A stretch of DNA of 64,000 nucleotides, taken from NCBI RefSeq assembly GCF_009914755.1, contig NC_060927.1, one strand, 5' to 3'. The notes beneath the pieces were generated by a model. It was not told where the DNA came from and did no database searches. It worked only from the letters and a program-made list of their open reading frames with translations. Source of the DNA: the human T2T-CHM13v2.0 reference genome, Homo sapiens. Numbering within the stretch: position 1 is the stretch's first letter; the number at the start of each line of letters is the position of its first letter. This document shows, piece by piece, positions 1 to 13,152 of this stretch. The translations under genes and the position numbers were made by a program.

Positions 1-191
1 ATAGTCTAATATCATTTTATACATTTGGAAAAAAATTTAGCCCAATAAAAAGCTAATGTTTCCCCTTTTCTTATTTTCTTCTTTATTTAAGAATGGTCTG
101 GTATGCCTTTAGAATCAGGATACTAGAACACAGAGAACAATGCCCTCCTCACCATCTCCCACCCTTAAGACTTAGAATTAGACAAGACATT

Positions 192-668
192 TGTATAAAT
201 CAGGTTCTCCAGAGAAACAGAGACAACAGGATATATATAGATATATAAGAGAAAATTTATTATGAGAATTGTTTTACATAGTTATGGAGACCAAAAAGTA
301 CCACAGCATACTGTCTGCAAGCTGCAGAATCAGAAAAGCCAGTGGTAGAATTTATTTCAAGTCCAAAGGCCTAAGAACCAGGAGCTCCAATGTCCAAGGG
401 CAGAAGAAGGATATCCAAGGTCAAGAAGACAGAAAAATAATTTGCCCTTACTTTGCCTTTTTGTGCTATCTGAGCCCTCCATGGATTGGCTAATGCCTGT
501 CCACATTGGAGAGAACAGATCTTTACTCAGTGTACTGATTCAAATGCTAATATTTTCCTGAAACACCATCATAAACACACCCAGAAATAATATAATAATG
601 TTTTACCATCTATCTGGGCATCCCATAGCCTAGTCGAATCAAGTTGGCACATAAAGTTAACAAACACA
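192..668 (-). mobile_element. MLT2-family (ERVL) solo LTR
   Basis: Begins TGTATAAATCAGGTTCTCCAGAGAAACAG and ends GGCACATAAAGTTAACAAACACA, the reverse complement of MLT2 termini. TG...CA ends, flanked by 5-bp TSD ACATT (187-191, 669-673). Confidence 0.9.
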
Positions 669-929
669 ACATTAAAGGCAAGAACCAAATTAATTTTTAA
701 TAATGTTCCATATGAATAATCGATCTTAACAGTTATTTCCTTAGTTCTTGGTAATTTTTCAGTTTAATCAGTTCAAACCATTGAATGTTCTATTTCTTCA
801 TAGGTTTTCCTAATACATACAAAGATTTTGGAGAATATGGAGGGGCCAATTTGTATATTTGTTACTTCCCATCTATCCTATGATACAAATAAAAATGCAT
901 ACAGCAATCTAGTCTACTAAACCCTTGTA

Positions 930-1090
930 TCAGTGACTAAGATGAATATGTAGAAGGTAGGCATAATTTAAGCTGCAGATGATACCAAGGAGGAAAAGCT
1001 AGTTTTTATGATGAAATGGAGAATCAGATTTAGAATGATTTCAACAGGTTAAAACAGCATATAAACACCAACAGGAAGAAATGTGAGGGG
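930..1090 (+). mobile_element. L3/CR1 LINE RT fragment
   Basis: GCAGATGATACCAAG reads ADDTK, resembling the CR1 FADDTK RT motif, followed by CR1-like GATTTAGAATGATTTCAACAGGTT. Boundaries approximate. Confidence 0.5.
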
Positions 1091-2810
1091 TGTCCATTTA
1101 TTTTTTTATTCATCTAGCAAATATTTACAGAGCATACCTATATATTGTGTTATGTAGAGGATGAATAGGGAAATACAAATAAGACATGCTTTCAACCTCA
1201 AAGAATGACAGTCGTGGACCTGCACCATACTTCCTTATTTTATACTTAAAGAATATTAGAACTAGAAAGCTTAAGTGATTTATCCAAAATATCACAGCAA
1301 GGCAGTGAGAGCCCAGAGCAAGCTAAAGTCGAGGGAAATCCCCACTATTCCACATAGTAGTTAAGCAATAGTTGCATACGTAAGAAGATATGGTATAAAA
1401 GAAGTACTTTAAAGGGTAATAACTAACAAGAAATGGTCTCCTCCATCTAACTTGCTTTTCTTCTTTATATCTTTGAAATGAGGTATAATTTAGAGTAACT
1501 GTCTGCAACACAAGGGAAAGTGGCCAAGGCAATATTGGCACAAGATTGCTGGGACGGCATCCCTTGGAGAAAATTCCATGAAGACATCATGAACAGTAGG
1601 TATTCAGGTCTCCTCTTGCCCATTTTTTTTTTCTGGGATTGTTTATGGAACCCTTGACTGAGGAATTTAAATGCACGATTATGGACATGTAAGCCCATCC
1701 CTGATATAATCAGGGCCAGGATACAATAGCACTGTAATAACAGAGAGTCCCAGGTCATTGGAAGAAACCAGGAAGCAATGATGCCTGTGATGGTCTTTTC
1801 TCATTCTCCATGTTGAGGTACAAATAATGATCCTGTTATACTTTTGCAACTAGATATCTCCAGGGCTATTCAAATTAATGGCCCTTCCTATTCTGCCTTA
1901 AGTAAACGTGAATTCCTCTGGAAGTACTTACTCAGCCATTTCTAACTGTCCTCCAGTGTCAACCACAGTGACACTGTGGCTAGTCACACAACTCTTATCG
2001 ATTAAAATGATAGCTCATAATGCCTAGACGCTGCTTCTTAGTTTGGGGAGAAGAGGGAGAATTTAGAGGAAAGATTGTCTTGACTGATCCTCTGAAAGCT
2101 AGTCTCACATAAAAAGAGGTGATCTTTTGCAAAACTCCATGGGAATTGCCTACAGCCCAGTGATTAAGGCAATCAATCACAGTCAGCTGCAATGCGTGGC
2201 CCCCAGGTCGTTGAAAAAGCCAGGCAAGAGGCCCAACCTGAAACACATGCAGGTGACAGTAAGGCTGTAGCCAATGTCCTGCCAGGTCATATAGTTTTGT
2301 ACCCCAGATTCAATCACACTAAAGAAGTGCTTGTCCCCTTTTAAATTATTCAGTTTAAAAGTCCATAACCTAAGAGACAAGAATCTCTCTTTTGGAGTCT
2401 GATGAACAAATCTAATAGATCATTGTGCACTGTGCTAAAAAGAACGATTGTGGAAGGTGTGGAAGACATGCCCGCAAATCTGTTACTGATCCAGTACCAC
2501 TGCATGTTCCAGAACACTACACCGGTAGGCCTTGTGTGAGTGCTATTTTGCAATTCATCCTTATTTGCACAACAGGCACATTACAATTTATTGTTAAAAC
2601 AAGAACATTATTAAAGGTGAAAGAGAACATTATTACTATTTACATCTGAACAAGGAGATCGTCCCTGGAAAACCAGGACATATGGTCACCCTAGATACCT
2701 TGCCTTTCAGAGAAGAAAAATCAAGCAGTGAAATGCCTGGAATCCTGGAAATCATATAATATGAGTACATGAAGATATTCAGCATGAAGATAAGTCTGAT
2801 TGAGGACCTC

Positions 2811-2816
2811 TGTGTG

Positions 2817-2851
<35 letters not shown>

Positions 2852-2855
2852 GTGT
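2811..2855. repeat. (TG)n microsatellite, once interrupted
   Basis: Read directly from sequence. Confidence 0.95.
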
Positions 2856-4049
2856 ATTTGTGTGCATTGGAGACCAAAAGAGGGCAACTTACTCAAATGG
2901 CAATCATGTGGCAAAGTGAAAAACTTTCTTCCCTCCTGTGCCAAAAATCAGAATTGTAATCAAGAAGCAGATTCAGGCTCAATGTAAGAAAGAGCTTTTC
3001 TTCAGAACTGCCCAACAACAGAAGAAGTTGCCTTGCCAGAGTACTTTCCTTATATTTTTGAATGCATTCAAGCTGAGGAAGAGTAGACACCTTTCATGGG
3101 TACAGTGAGATGTTTTCCGCAGTAACTGAGGAATTGTATACATAGTTCCTAAGACTCTTTGAAGATCAAAACAAATAGCTATTATCATGAAAATATATAA
3201 TAACTTGTTGGTTTTGTAATACCAAGAATCTCATGCATTAGTAAATAGACTACATTTAAACCAAGGCAGACAGAGAAAATCTAACGCAGGAAAGAAAAAT
3301 TAGAAAGTTTCCTGAGTGTGATGGGTCAACACAACAGGCCATGAAAGATAATAAAACTCCATGCCTGATTTGCATGCATGAAGGAAAATCATAGCAATAG
3401 ATCATTAACAAGGATGTAATTAACTTGTATTACTTCAGCAATGTGAAAATCCAAAATTTCATTCAAAATTTATAGTTACTTATGTGGAATTAAAAGACTT
3501 AAACACTAATTGAAAAATGATGAAATTGTATTAACTCTTCAATCCTTTGACTAACTAGCATATTTCTTTATAATATTAATTCTTCTGAAATAGAGTTGAA
3601 CTTTGGCTAAATTATGAAGGTGGTGAAATTTAGCTTTAAATAAACTTCACTTCCTCACTCCCTGCTTTCTCCTCCTTGAAGCAACTCTTCCTTATGTATA
3701 ACTTCCTAGTGCTTATTGCCTCTCCTCTTTCCTGACTGTTTACTCTCAGGAAAGGGTAGAATCAAATCCGGTTTCCTGCGATTAAACGGACCAAAAAAGG
3801 TAATATGCTACCACCTACCAATGATTTTATATTTAAAAAGCATTTTTGATACCTTAATCTTAGCGTAATAAAATTCTAATAATGGAATTCCAGAAATCAG
3901 TCTTATAAACAGTTATTTGGAAGAGAATTCTTGACTTCTGAATTTATGCTATGTAGGAAGCTACCATTCTTCAAACTAGTTAATCCTGTCCTACATCTAT
4001 CTACCCTTGTAAGACCAAAGAAAAATTTTGTTATGATCTTCATCTTTTA

Positions 4050-4310
4050 ATAATAATAGTGGGTATCACTAATTTAAATTCCATGTGCTAAACACTGTAC
4101 TAATTACACACATATATTATCTCATCCTGTAATCCTCACAACAATCATATAAATTGCATATAGCCGCAGAGCTAGAGATAAAGAAATTTTGGTGTAAAAA
4201 GATTGAGAAATTTGTATAAAACCATAAGAGCAAGTGATGTGGCTGGAACTTATGGCTAGGTCTATCAAATTTCCAAGCCTGGGCTTTCAACCCGGAGGTT
4301 CTATTCCACA
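4050..4310 (-). mobile_element. MIR SINE remnant
   Basis: AATAATAATAG...TGTGCTAAACACTGTAC...ATCTCATCCTGTAATCCTCACAACAATC pattern typical of an antisense MIR. Confidence 0.6.
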
Positions 4311-5879
4311 TTAGTATGCCAAAACTAACTCGACAAGTATTTCAAATGCACGTACTGAGAAAATGCAGAGAAATGAAAAACTGACCTTTCTTTGTAAGTT
4401 GTCCAGTGTCTTATATCTTGCTTTCTTCCATTCATGCCTATGCCTGTGGCAAATTTAATCAGAATTCATCCAGACATTTCAGGAACAATTAGAAACTATT
4501 AAGCTCTTCTCAGACTTCAATATCCAACAACCCCCTCATATTTTTTTTTCAAAAATACATGAGTTTAATGTCTCAATCTTCTTTTGATTAAATTATTTTA
4601 GGTAAAAGTGAATTCTTCCCTCTGGAAATTGAAATTTATGATTTCTTTCTTTCCCCAGATTCCTTTTAAACAGAAGTCTGTGTGATTTAACAGGAAAACA
4701 GAATCAATTATCTCCATATTAAGCCAGAGGGAAAGATAGCAGAGATGGAAAAGGAAAGGAAAAACTGCTGTCTCTTTGTGTTTCCCTTGCCCCCACCAAA
4801 CTGATCAATATCGAATATTTAATCAAATTGTACAGTTAACTGTGCACAAAATGGTCCTCCACTTTATTGCCTGTTAATGAGGAGAAATTAGGGAAATGAC
4901 TGCAGATTGGACAGCATGAAGTTAGTTCAAAGACAGATGCCTATGGGAGAGCAAGGAGACTTCCTAGTCAATCTAACAGTGAGCTTTAAGTCCACCTTAT
5001 TATAATATAAGATTCATCCTGAATGAGCATAATATTTTGTTTCCTGTTAGGCAAGTTACTGAGAGGCACACACACTAAGCGTGCAAAGAGAGAAATTTGT
5101 GAGCATTATGGAGAGAAAAGCAGGCAAATCATTGAAACTCTGATTGATTCAATTGGGAGATGAGGATTGAGGAGGGTGGGTATGCACAATGCTTGTTAAG
5201 AAAAGATGGCAACAGCTCCACTGTGTATGACCCAGCCCCTCCCACAGTCTATCATGACAATCTTAGATCCATTCAAAGGCAACAGTAAAATGTCCCAGAG
5301 ATGTCTTCACTTGATCCTGGCTTCTTTAGGAGACTGTTGCCCTGTTTGGGAAGATTTCTCTGAGACAGGCAAACGTGTGAGAAGTCATGGAGGAGGCATT
5401 GACTACTATTCAGACTCTTAGTGTCCTGGATTGGGTTTGCAATGTTGATGAAAGTAACTCACTAGAGAATGAGAAACTGTTTTAAGAAAATCTGGAGAAA
5501 TTCTTGCTGTCAGCCCTGCTGCTTTGAAAATCTCCCCTATTTCTTGTGTTGAAACAAAGTAAGAATTTAAGAGAAGCTACCTTGGTGAGGTGGCAGCAAA
5601 TACCCCAGAGTAAGGTGGACTCCTTTATAAAAATTGTCTTGATGAGAATCAAGACCAAGTCAGACAAAGGATATAAACCTGGAAACCCCAAATAGAAACC
5701 AATGCAGCTCAAGGGTCTCCAAAGTAGAAATTGAGGGTGTTGGTTATGATGACCTTGCTGCTTCATACTGGGTTTTGATTGGATCAAAGACATTGGGGGT
5801 TCATTTGGTTTAGCCACACAAAGCTGCTGCACCACACGAAATGGAAAGTAAACATGACTTGCTTACTGGAGCCAAGTCA

Positions 5880-7130
5880 TTGTCTCCCTATGTGACCCCT
5901 GTCCTCTCTCCTCTAATCCAAACTTAACCACATTAAAGAGAAAGCCAACTAGGGGTAGGGCCAAGATCTCCCTGTCCTCAAGGGGCATACTGTGTTGTCA
6001 ATTCAATGTTGTAGTTTTCACTGCTGAATGTATAATTGGCATTGATGTTTCACATGCTTGGACTCTGAATACTTATCTGGACTGTGTCTTCCTAGGGACA
6101 TGCTAGGGAAATATCTAAGTGGCTTTCCAATCCAGCTCCCGGTTCCCTCCAAGCTATTCCAACAGAAACAGTATAGAATCCCAGGAGAAAAAAAGAGAAA
6201 TTGCCACTCTGTGATTAAAGACTTAAAAGCAGCAAGGGTGGTAAAAAAATGCAACTGCCTATATGGCAAGTGAAAGTGCCAGCTGAATGTTAGAGTGGCA
6301 TTATCACCAATTAAATCAGTATTTACTCCCATAGCTCCAACTGTTTCAGACATTGTGACTGAACCTAATCCATCGCACAGACTGACAGCACTTGGTATGC
6401 TGCCTTGGGCATTGACAATGCCTTATTTCTTAGCCACTGGCACCTGATTACCAAGACCAATTTGCATGTTTGCGGCCAGGCTTCCAGTGTTTTGCTAAGG
6501 CACTTAAACGCCACTGTTATTTGCCACCAATGAGGGGTTAGGGTTTAGCCCAAGAGCCTCTACCCCATGTTGTCTAAAGCCTTCACCCTGTAGTTGATGT
6601 CCTGTGGGTTGGCAAATCAGAACCCTCAGTCTGTATAGCCCTGACTGTCATGTTAGCAAAGCTCTATCAGTAGGGGTTGTAGATAAACTCCAACGAAATT
6701 CAGAGGAGGCAACTTCACCAAGGAAACTCTTGGAACCATGTGGGCAGGTTTACAGCACTTGATGTCTCCAGCAGTAAAGGAAAAACTATTGTCTCTTTAC
6801 CTCTCCCCTTCTCCCACCAAAAACAAGACAGCACTTTACTATACTCCTGGATATTGAAGACAACATGTGCCTCGTGTTATCATTTTTATCTGCTAATCTG
6901 CAAATAATTACCCTTTGAATGGGGACCAACCAATAGGTTGAATTGAAGCCTGTACATCAAGTTGAAACACACTATCTACTTTCAGAGCCCCAAAACTATG
7001 CGTTCCTTGAGCTACAATTCTCTGTGACTGATGACTTTGCTGATTGGAGACTGGCAAAAGGCATCTAAACTATGGCAGCCTATCTTGTTAGCTTGCAAAA
7101 TTTCAGGTTCTTCAGTTTATGACATCTAAC
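5880..7130 (+). mobile_element. ERVL-class endogenous retrovirus internal remnant (degraded pol RT/RNaseH)
   Basis: Translated pieces in the expected order: QQKQYRIPG, IKDLKAARVV, YHQLNQ, TPIAPTVSDIV, TWYAALGIDNA, VKEKLLSL, FEWGP. These resemble ERVL pol motifs (NQKQYRIPG, IKDLKDAGVV, YRKLNQVVTPIAAAVPDV, TWYAAIDLANA, FEWGPEQ). Many frameshifts and stops. Confidence 0.8.
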
Positions 7131-7719
7131 TGGTCTTGAACCTCTCATTAGAAGTTTGTGAAAATATAACTCTACTGATTTCTAGTTTTGAAAAAGTATT
7201 GCTTTTATGGGTGGAACATTCCAGTACACCTTTTTTATTTCAAAGAAATATTAGCACATCCACTCAATTTAAGTAAAGTTCTCATCTAAGTCTTCTCTGG
7301 TAGTAATAAAAGTTTATATGTCAGAACAAATTTAGAAAGGTGGAGAAATAGATACTAAGAAGAATATGAAAGAATTTTCATATTATTCTAATTTAAAGAA
7401 AGCATTACTGAAGATAAATTATTGATAACGTTATATAAATTATCATTTTAATTAAAATGCATACTGGATAATTTAGTACATGAAGAAGGGATACTGGGGG
7501 CTTAAAATCCTTGAAAACACCAGAATTTGAAGCTATTAGTTGTCATATTATCCTTTGGGCCATCTATTAAATTCTCAGCTAAATAGTAAAACATATTAAT
7601 AAAAGAGTAAAATATTGAAACACTTCATTTAGCATATAACTACAGATTATATTATAGAGTTGAAAGTACATAGAGTTATTTTAAATTCTGCATGGGACAG
7701 TGATGATGACTCAGATGAA

Positions 7720-10700
7720 ACTCTATTTACAAACAGTAAAATTCACATTTTTGATGTACAGTTCTGTGAGTTTTTTACATATATTGATTCTTTAACCATC
7801 ACCATAGAGAGGATGCAAAACAGTTTCAGCATTCAAGAAAGATCTCTTCTACTGCCACTTTTTTTTTCACAACCTCCTCAATCCTAAACCCTGGTAAACA
7901 TAGTTCTGTTCTCTATTCCTTTTTTTCTGGAAGGTAGAGGGGGAACATTTCCAGAGTTTTATATGAATAAAATCATACAGTATATAATCTTGTAAGTTTC
8001 AGTTCTTGACCTTAGCATAATTCTTTGAAGATTCACCCAAGTTCTGGAGTGTATCAATAGTTCATCCTTGTCACTGGTACTAGTTCATCCTTGTCACTGG
8101 TACTACTATTTTATTATGTAGATGCACCACACTTTGTTTATCCATTCACCCACTGAAGGACATCTGTGATACTTCTGGTTTTAGATCATTAATAATGCTG
8201 CTATAAACATTTATGTGTAGGTTTTTGTGTGAACATGAACTTTCATTTCTCTGATATGCGTACCTAAAAGTGAGGTTACTGAGTTATATGAGTAATTTTT
8301 GTCATATTTTGGCACTTTTTCAAAAAGCTAAGCATAAGTATATATTCAGCTATTTAAAAAAATGCCAAAATATTTTCCAGAATGGCAGTACCATTTTGCA
8401 TTCCTATCAGCAATGTATGAGAGTTCCCTTTGCTCTGCATCCTCATCAACACTGGGTATTATGGGTATTTTTAAACTTAGCCAAGTAAATAGCTGTGAAA
8501 TGCTATCTCCTGGTGGTTTTAATTTTCAGTTCCCTAATGACTAATTATGAAAAATATCTTTTCACCTGCTTATTTCTCATTTGTGTATCATTTTTAGTGA
8601 AGTGACTGTTTAAATCTATTCCCCATTTTTTTCAAATTGAGTTGTTTATTTTCTAATTTTTGATTTCTGAGAGTTCTTTACCTATTCTGATACAAATTGT
8701 TTGGCTATTAATATCATAAGTATTCTAATGTTCAGCGTACAGATTCTGTACATCTTTTGTTATATTTATCTCATTACATTACATTATTACATTTGCAAAC
8801 TGTCATAAATATTACTGCTTTTTAAAAAAAATCTCAATTTCCAACTGTTCATTGCTAGTGTATAAAAATAAAATAGAATTTTGTCTATTGCTTTTGTATA
8901 CAGCAACCTTGCTAAACCCTATTATTAATTCTTGTAGTTTTTTAATAGATTTCTTGAGATTTTTCTATACAGACAATCATGTCATTGCAAGATAGAATAG
9001 TTATATATTTTTCTTTCTAATCATTTAGAAAGAAAATAATCAAAAGGAAAATGTCTTTTATTTCACTTTCTAGACATAACTGCATTTGCTAGATTTCTAA
9101 GAAAATATTGAACAGGACTGGTAAGAGCAGACATCATTACCTAGTTTCTGATTTTAGGGAGAAAACAGTCTTTGACCATTAAGTACAATGTTAGCTGTAG
9201 GATTCTCACAGATGTCCATTAACAGATTGCAGATGTTGCCTTCTATTCCAAGTGGGCTGAGAGTTTTGTCACCAATTGGATGTTTAATTTTGTCAAATGC
9301 TTTATCTGCAACTATTGATATGATCATGTATTCATTTTGTTGTTAATGTGATTACAAGCATTGATTAATTTTAGAGTATTAAATAATCTGGTGTTTCTAA
9401 TATCTTAAGATTTTCCCAGGATAAAGTTCACATGGTCATAATTATTATTCTTTTTATATATTGCTGGATTTGACTCACTAATACTTTGTTGAATATTTTT
9501 CTATTAGTGTTCAAGAGGAATATTGATCTGTAGCTTTTGTTTCCTGTGCTATCTTTGATATTAGAATAATATTGGTGCCACAAAGTGAGGTAAAAAATGT
9601 TTTCTCCTTTTCTAACTCTAAGAGAGATTGTGAAGAATTGATGTTATTTCTTCCTTAAATATTTAGTAGAGTTCACCAGTGAAACCATTTAGCTTGGAAA
9701 TAATTTTTTGAAGGCTTTTACCTATGAAATATGTTTTACAATAGCTATAGGAAGACATATTATCTATCTTTTTAATTCAGCTTTGATATCTGCATCTCCA
9801 AAGAAATTGGTCTATTTTATCTAAGCTGTAGATTTATGTGCATAAAGTTGATCATAATTTCCTCTATCATTTTCTAACCTATTTGGATTCATGATAATAT
9901 TCCCTCTTTCATTCTTGATGTTGATCATTCGTGTTTTCTCATATTTTCTTGGTCAATCTCACCAAAGGTTTGTCAATTTTATTAATTTTCTAAAAAAGAA
10001 CCAGCTTTTGGTTATATTGATTTTATGTTTTCAATTTTATTGATTTCTGCTTTTTTATTTTATCTTTTTCTGCATTGTGCTAGGCAGAAGCTTAAATTGT
10101 TGATTTGAGACATTTCTTCTTTTCTCATATAAATTTTTAATGCTATAAGTTTCACTCTATGCACTGCTTTACCTGACTCACATAAATTTTGATTGGTTAT
10201 ATTTTCAGTTTTATTCTGTTCAAAATTATTTCTACTTTCCCTTGAGATTTCCACTTTGACCCATTGATAAGTAGTAATGTTTTATTTAATTTTTTAATAT
10301 GTGGGGGTTTTCCAGATATAATTCTGTTACTGTTTTCTAGTTTAATTTGTTATAAGCAGAAAGCATACTTTCAATAATTTTAATTATTTTAAATTTAATG
10401 AGGTTTGCTTTGTAACTCATAATATGGACCATCTTAGTGGTGAATGTTCCATCTGTGTTTGAAAACAATATATTCTGCTATTGTGAGGTGGAGTGTCCCA
10501 TAAACGTTAATTAGGTAAAGCTGGCTGGTAGTGTCATTTAAGTCTTCCATATACACTTTGAGTTTTTTGTTTGTGTTTTATTCAACTTTCTCTTCTCCTT
10601 TTATGTCCTGAATTTTAGACCTGTTGATATTGTCCCACAGATACCTGAGGCTCTGTTTCTCTCTCTCTCCCCAACCCTCTGGCTCCCTCCCTTCCTTCTT

Positions 10701-11960
10701 CAGTTCCTCTCATTGTGTAGACTGAATACTTTCTATTGCTATACCTTCAAGTTCACTAATTGCTTCCTCTCACATCTATTTTCTGCTATTGAGCCCTTCT
10801 AGTGATGTTTTAAATTTTTATTATTCTAGTTTTCTGTTCTAAAATTTTGTTTGAGTCTTTCTTTTTTTTTTTTTTTTGGTATAGCTTCTATTTCTTTGCT
10901 GAAAATTCTATCTTTCCATTGTTTTTAAGAATGTTTGCCCTTACTTGTTGGAGCACAGTTAAATAACTACTTCAGAGGTTTATTTCCTGATAATTCCAAC
11001 CTTTGAGTCCTCTTGTAGTTGGTGTCTGTTAACTTTCTTTTGCCTGTTAGTTGTTCAGATTTTTCTAATTCTTTGTATATGGAATAGTTGGGGCTGTATC
11101 TGGGACATTTCAAATATTATATCCTGAGGCACTAGATCCTATTTAAATCTTCTGTGGAACATTAATTTTTCGTTTTGTTTAACAGGCAGTAAATACATAT
11201 CCTGGCCCATATTCTGTGGTTTATCTTTCCCATATCAATTTAATTTTCAAAGAATATGCAATTATAACTGGTTTGCCCAGTGTGTGAGCCACTCAGAGTT
11301 CAAACTGAAACCTGGACATTGGTCTTCACTGAAGTTCAGTTTTCAAAGTTTTTGTTGAGCTGATTCCATTTAGTTTCATGCCTGAACAACTTGGGGGTTG
11401 TCGAAGACTTTAAATGCAGATTTAAATGGTCACTTTCTTTGGCTACTTGTTTTCTATTATCATTTCCCTGACTTTGGTTCCCAGGGTTTCCCTTTCCAGG
11501 TTTTCTTACTAGAAATACGGAAAGTTAGCCTCCCCACACTGATGCCAGTGTTCTGCCCTTTATAAGGCCTCTTCCACACCAATGAGGAGGTGGAGCGGGT
11601 CCATCTTTTTACTGGCATTCTGAAGGGCTATAAGGCTGGGCAATTTTACAGGACCCAACCCTACAGTGTTTGCTGCTGCGATGATAGTGGGAAGTGAGGA
11701 GGTCCTACCTCTTTGTTGCCACTTTCTTGGTGTAAGGCAAGGAGAGTTCACGGGGCTCCTCTCCTCAGGATTTGCCGCAGCATGCTGGTGGGGAAGGAAG
11801 GGTGTTAAAAAATAAAATGAATAAAAAATAAACAGGAAACTCACTGCAAGATCATTCCTCCAGTTCTAAGTTCTGTACCTAGTCCACTTGCTTTTATCTA
11901 CCTTTAATTCTTATGTTAGTTGCTTAATGTATTTTTTTTCCTGAGGCTTTACTCCATTGT
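7720..11960 (-). mobile_element. old L1M-type LINE-1 (3'UTR, fragmented ORF2, probable 5' portion)
   Basis: Long T-rich tract. ORF 10060-10254(-) NQNLCESGKAVHRVKLIALKIYMRKEE aligns with ORF2 [27 protein letters not shown] of the young L1 in this window. L1M 3'UTR-like sequence at 7720-8700. Right boundary uncertain. Confidence 0.8.
8058..8103. repeat. perfect 23-bp tandem duplication
   Basis: TAGTTCATCCTTGTCACTGGTAC twice (8058-8080, 8081-8103). Confidence 0.95.
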
Positions 11961-12220
11961 GTCTAGAATCAAAAGTCCCTTTTTATAAAATTCCTAAACT
12001 GTGGATAACAAAGAGAAAAGAAAGGAAAACTATAAAATAGGAGTATGTGTACCAAGAAGAATAAATGATAGAATATGTTTGGCAAACTAAAACACTAAAA
12101 ATAAAGTGTTAGAGAACAGGGAGGGGAACTTTTTGCCAGTCTTTAGATATCCTTCCTCGTAACACTTCTCTCTTCACTCTAACATACCGTTCCCTAAGGA
12201 ATTAGGAGTGACTTAAAAAG

Positions 12221-12578
12221 TGATATGGTTTGGCTGTGCCCCCATCCAAATCTCATCTTGAATTGTAGCTCCCACAATTCCCATGTGTTGTGGGAGGGAC
12301 CCAGTGGGAAGTAATTGAATCATGGGAGCAGGTCTTCCCTGTGCTGTTCTCATAACACTGAATAAGTCTCATGAGATCTGATGGTTTTATAAAGGGGAGT
12401 TTTCCTGAGCAAGCTCTCTTCTCTTGTCTGCCACCATGTGAGACCTACTTATCACCTTCTGCCATGATTGTGAGGCCTCCCCAGCCACGTGGAACTGTGA
12501 GTCCATTAAACCTCTTCTTTTGTAAATTGCCCAGTCTCAGGTATGTCTTTATCAGCAGCATGAAAACTGACTAATACA
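12221..12578 (+). mobile_element. THE1 (THE1B-like) MaLR solo LTR
   Basis: TGATATGGTTTGGCTGTG...CAAATCTCATCTTGAATTGTAGCTCCC start and CTTTATCAGCAGCATGAAAACTGACTAATACA end. Confidence 0.92.
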
Positions 12579-13152
12579 GGTAAGTATTATTATTATCTAT
12601 AATTGACAAAAAAGGAAAATGATGACCAGAGAGAATAAGTGACTTGTCAATGGTCAGATAGCTAGTGACAGATCTGTGATTGAAACTCCTGTACTTAGCT
12701 CTGGAGTCTGTGGCTATATTGAACACACTAGGTCACCTCTCAAAACAGATCTTACATAGCCTTCCCAATAACTTGTTCATATGTCACTTGGCCCTAGGCT
12801 TACGGTCAGCAACCCCATCTCTTTGTCTTCCCATCATGTATACCTTAAAATGTGGCCTGATCACATCAATTATACCATCTTTTTTTCATGCTTCAAACAA
12901 TCAGGGCTATCCAACCGAAGCTAGCACTCTCTTCACAAACTGTTAGTCTCCACCCAAAGGATTGGCCTAGCTATTTTGCACTGTTATCAGGTTTGCTACA
13001 AGCCTATTAAAAATCCTTTGTCTTCAGTTCTTGCCAATTAATAGGTTAGTGATTTGAGGGCAAATAGCCAGTTGGAAGGGAATATTAATGTGTATGTTTA
13101 ATGCAGTGGTGGAGAAGTTATGGCACTTTAAATATAACATCTTGCATCTTTC

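Noticed and set aside
1465-1800. Exon-like, moderately GC-rich stretch with short ORFs on both strands
   Set aside because: No consistent strong splice pair and no peptide I could recognise.
12216-12583. TSD for the THE1 LTR at 12221-12578
   Set aside because: The flanks AAAAG and GGTAA do not match, so no TSD is claimed.
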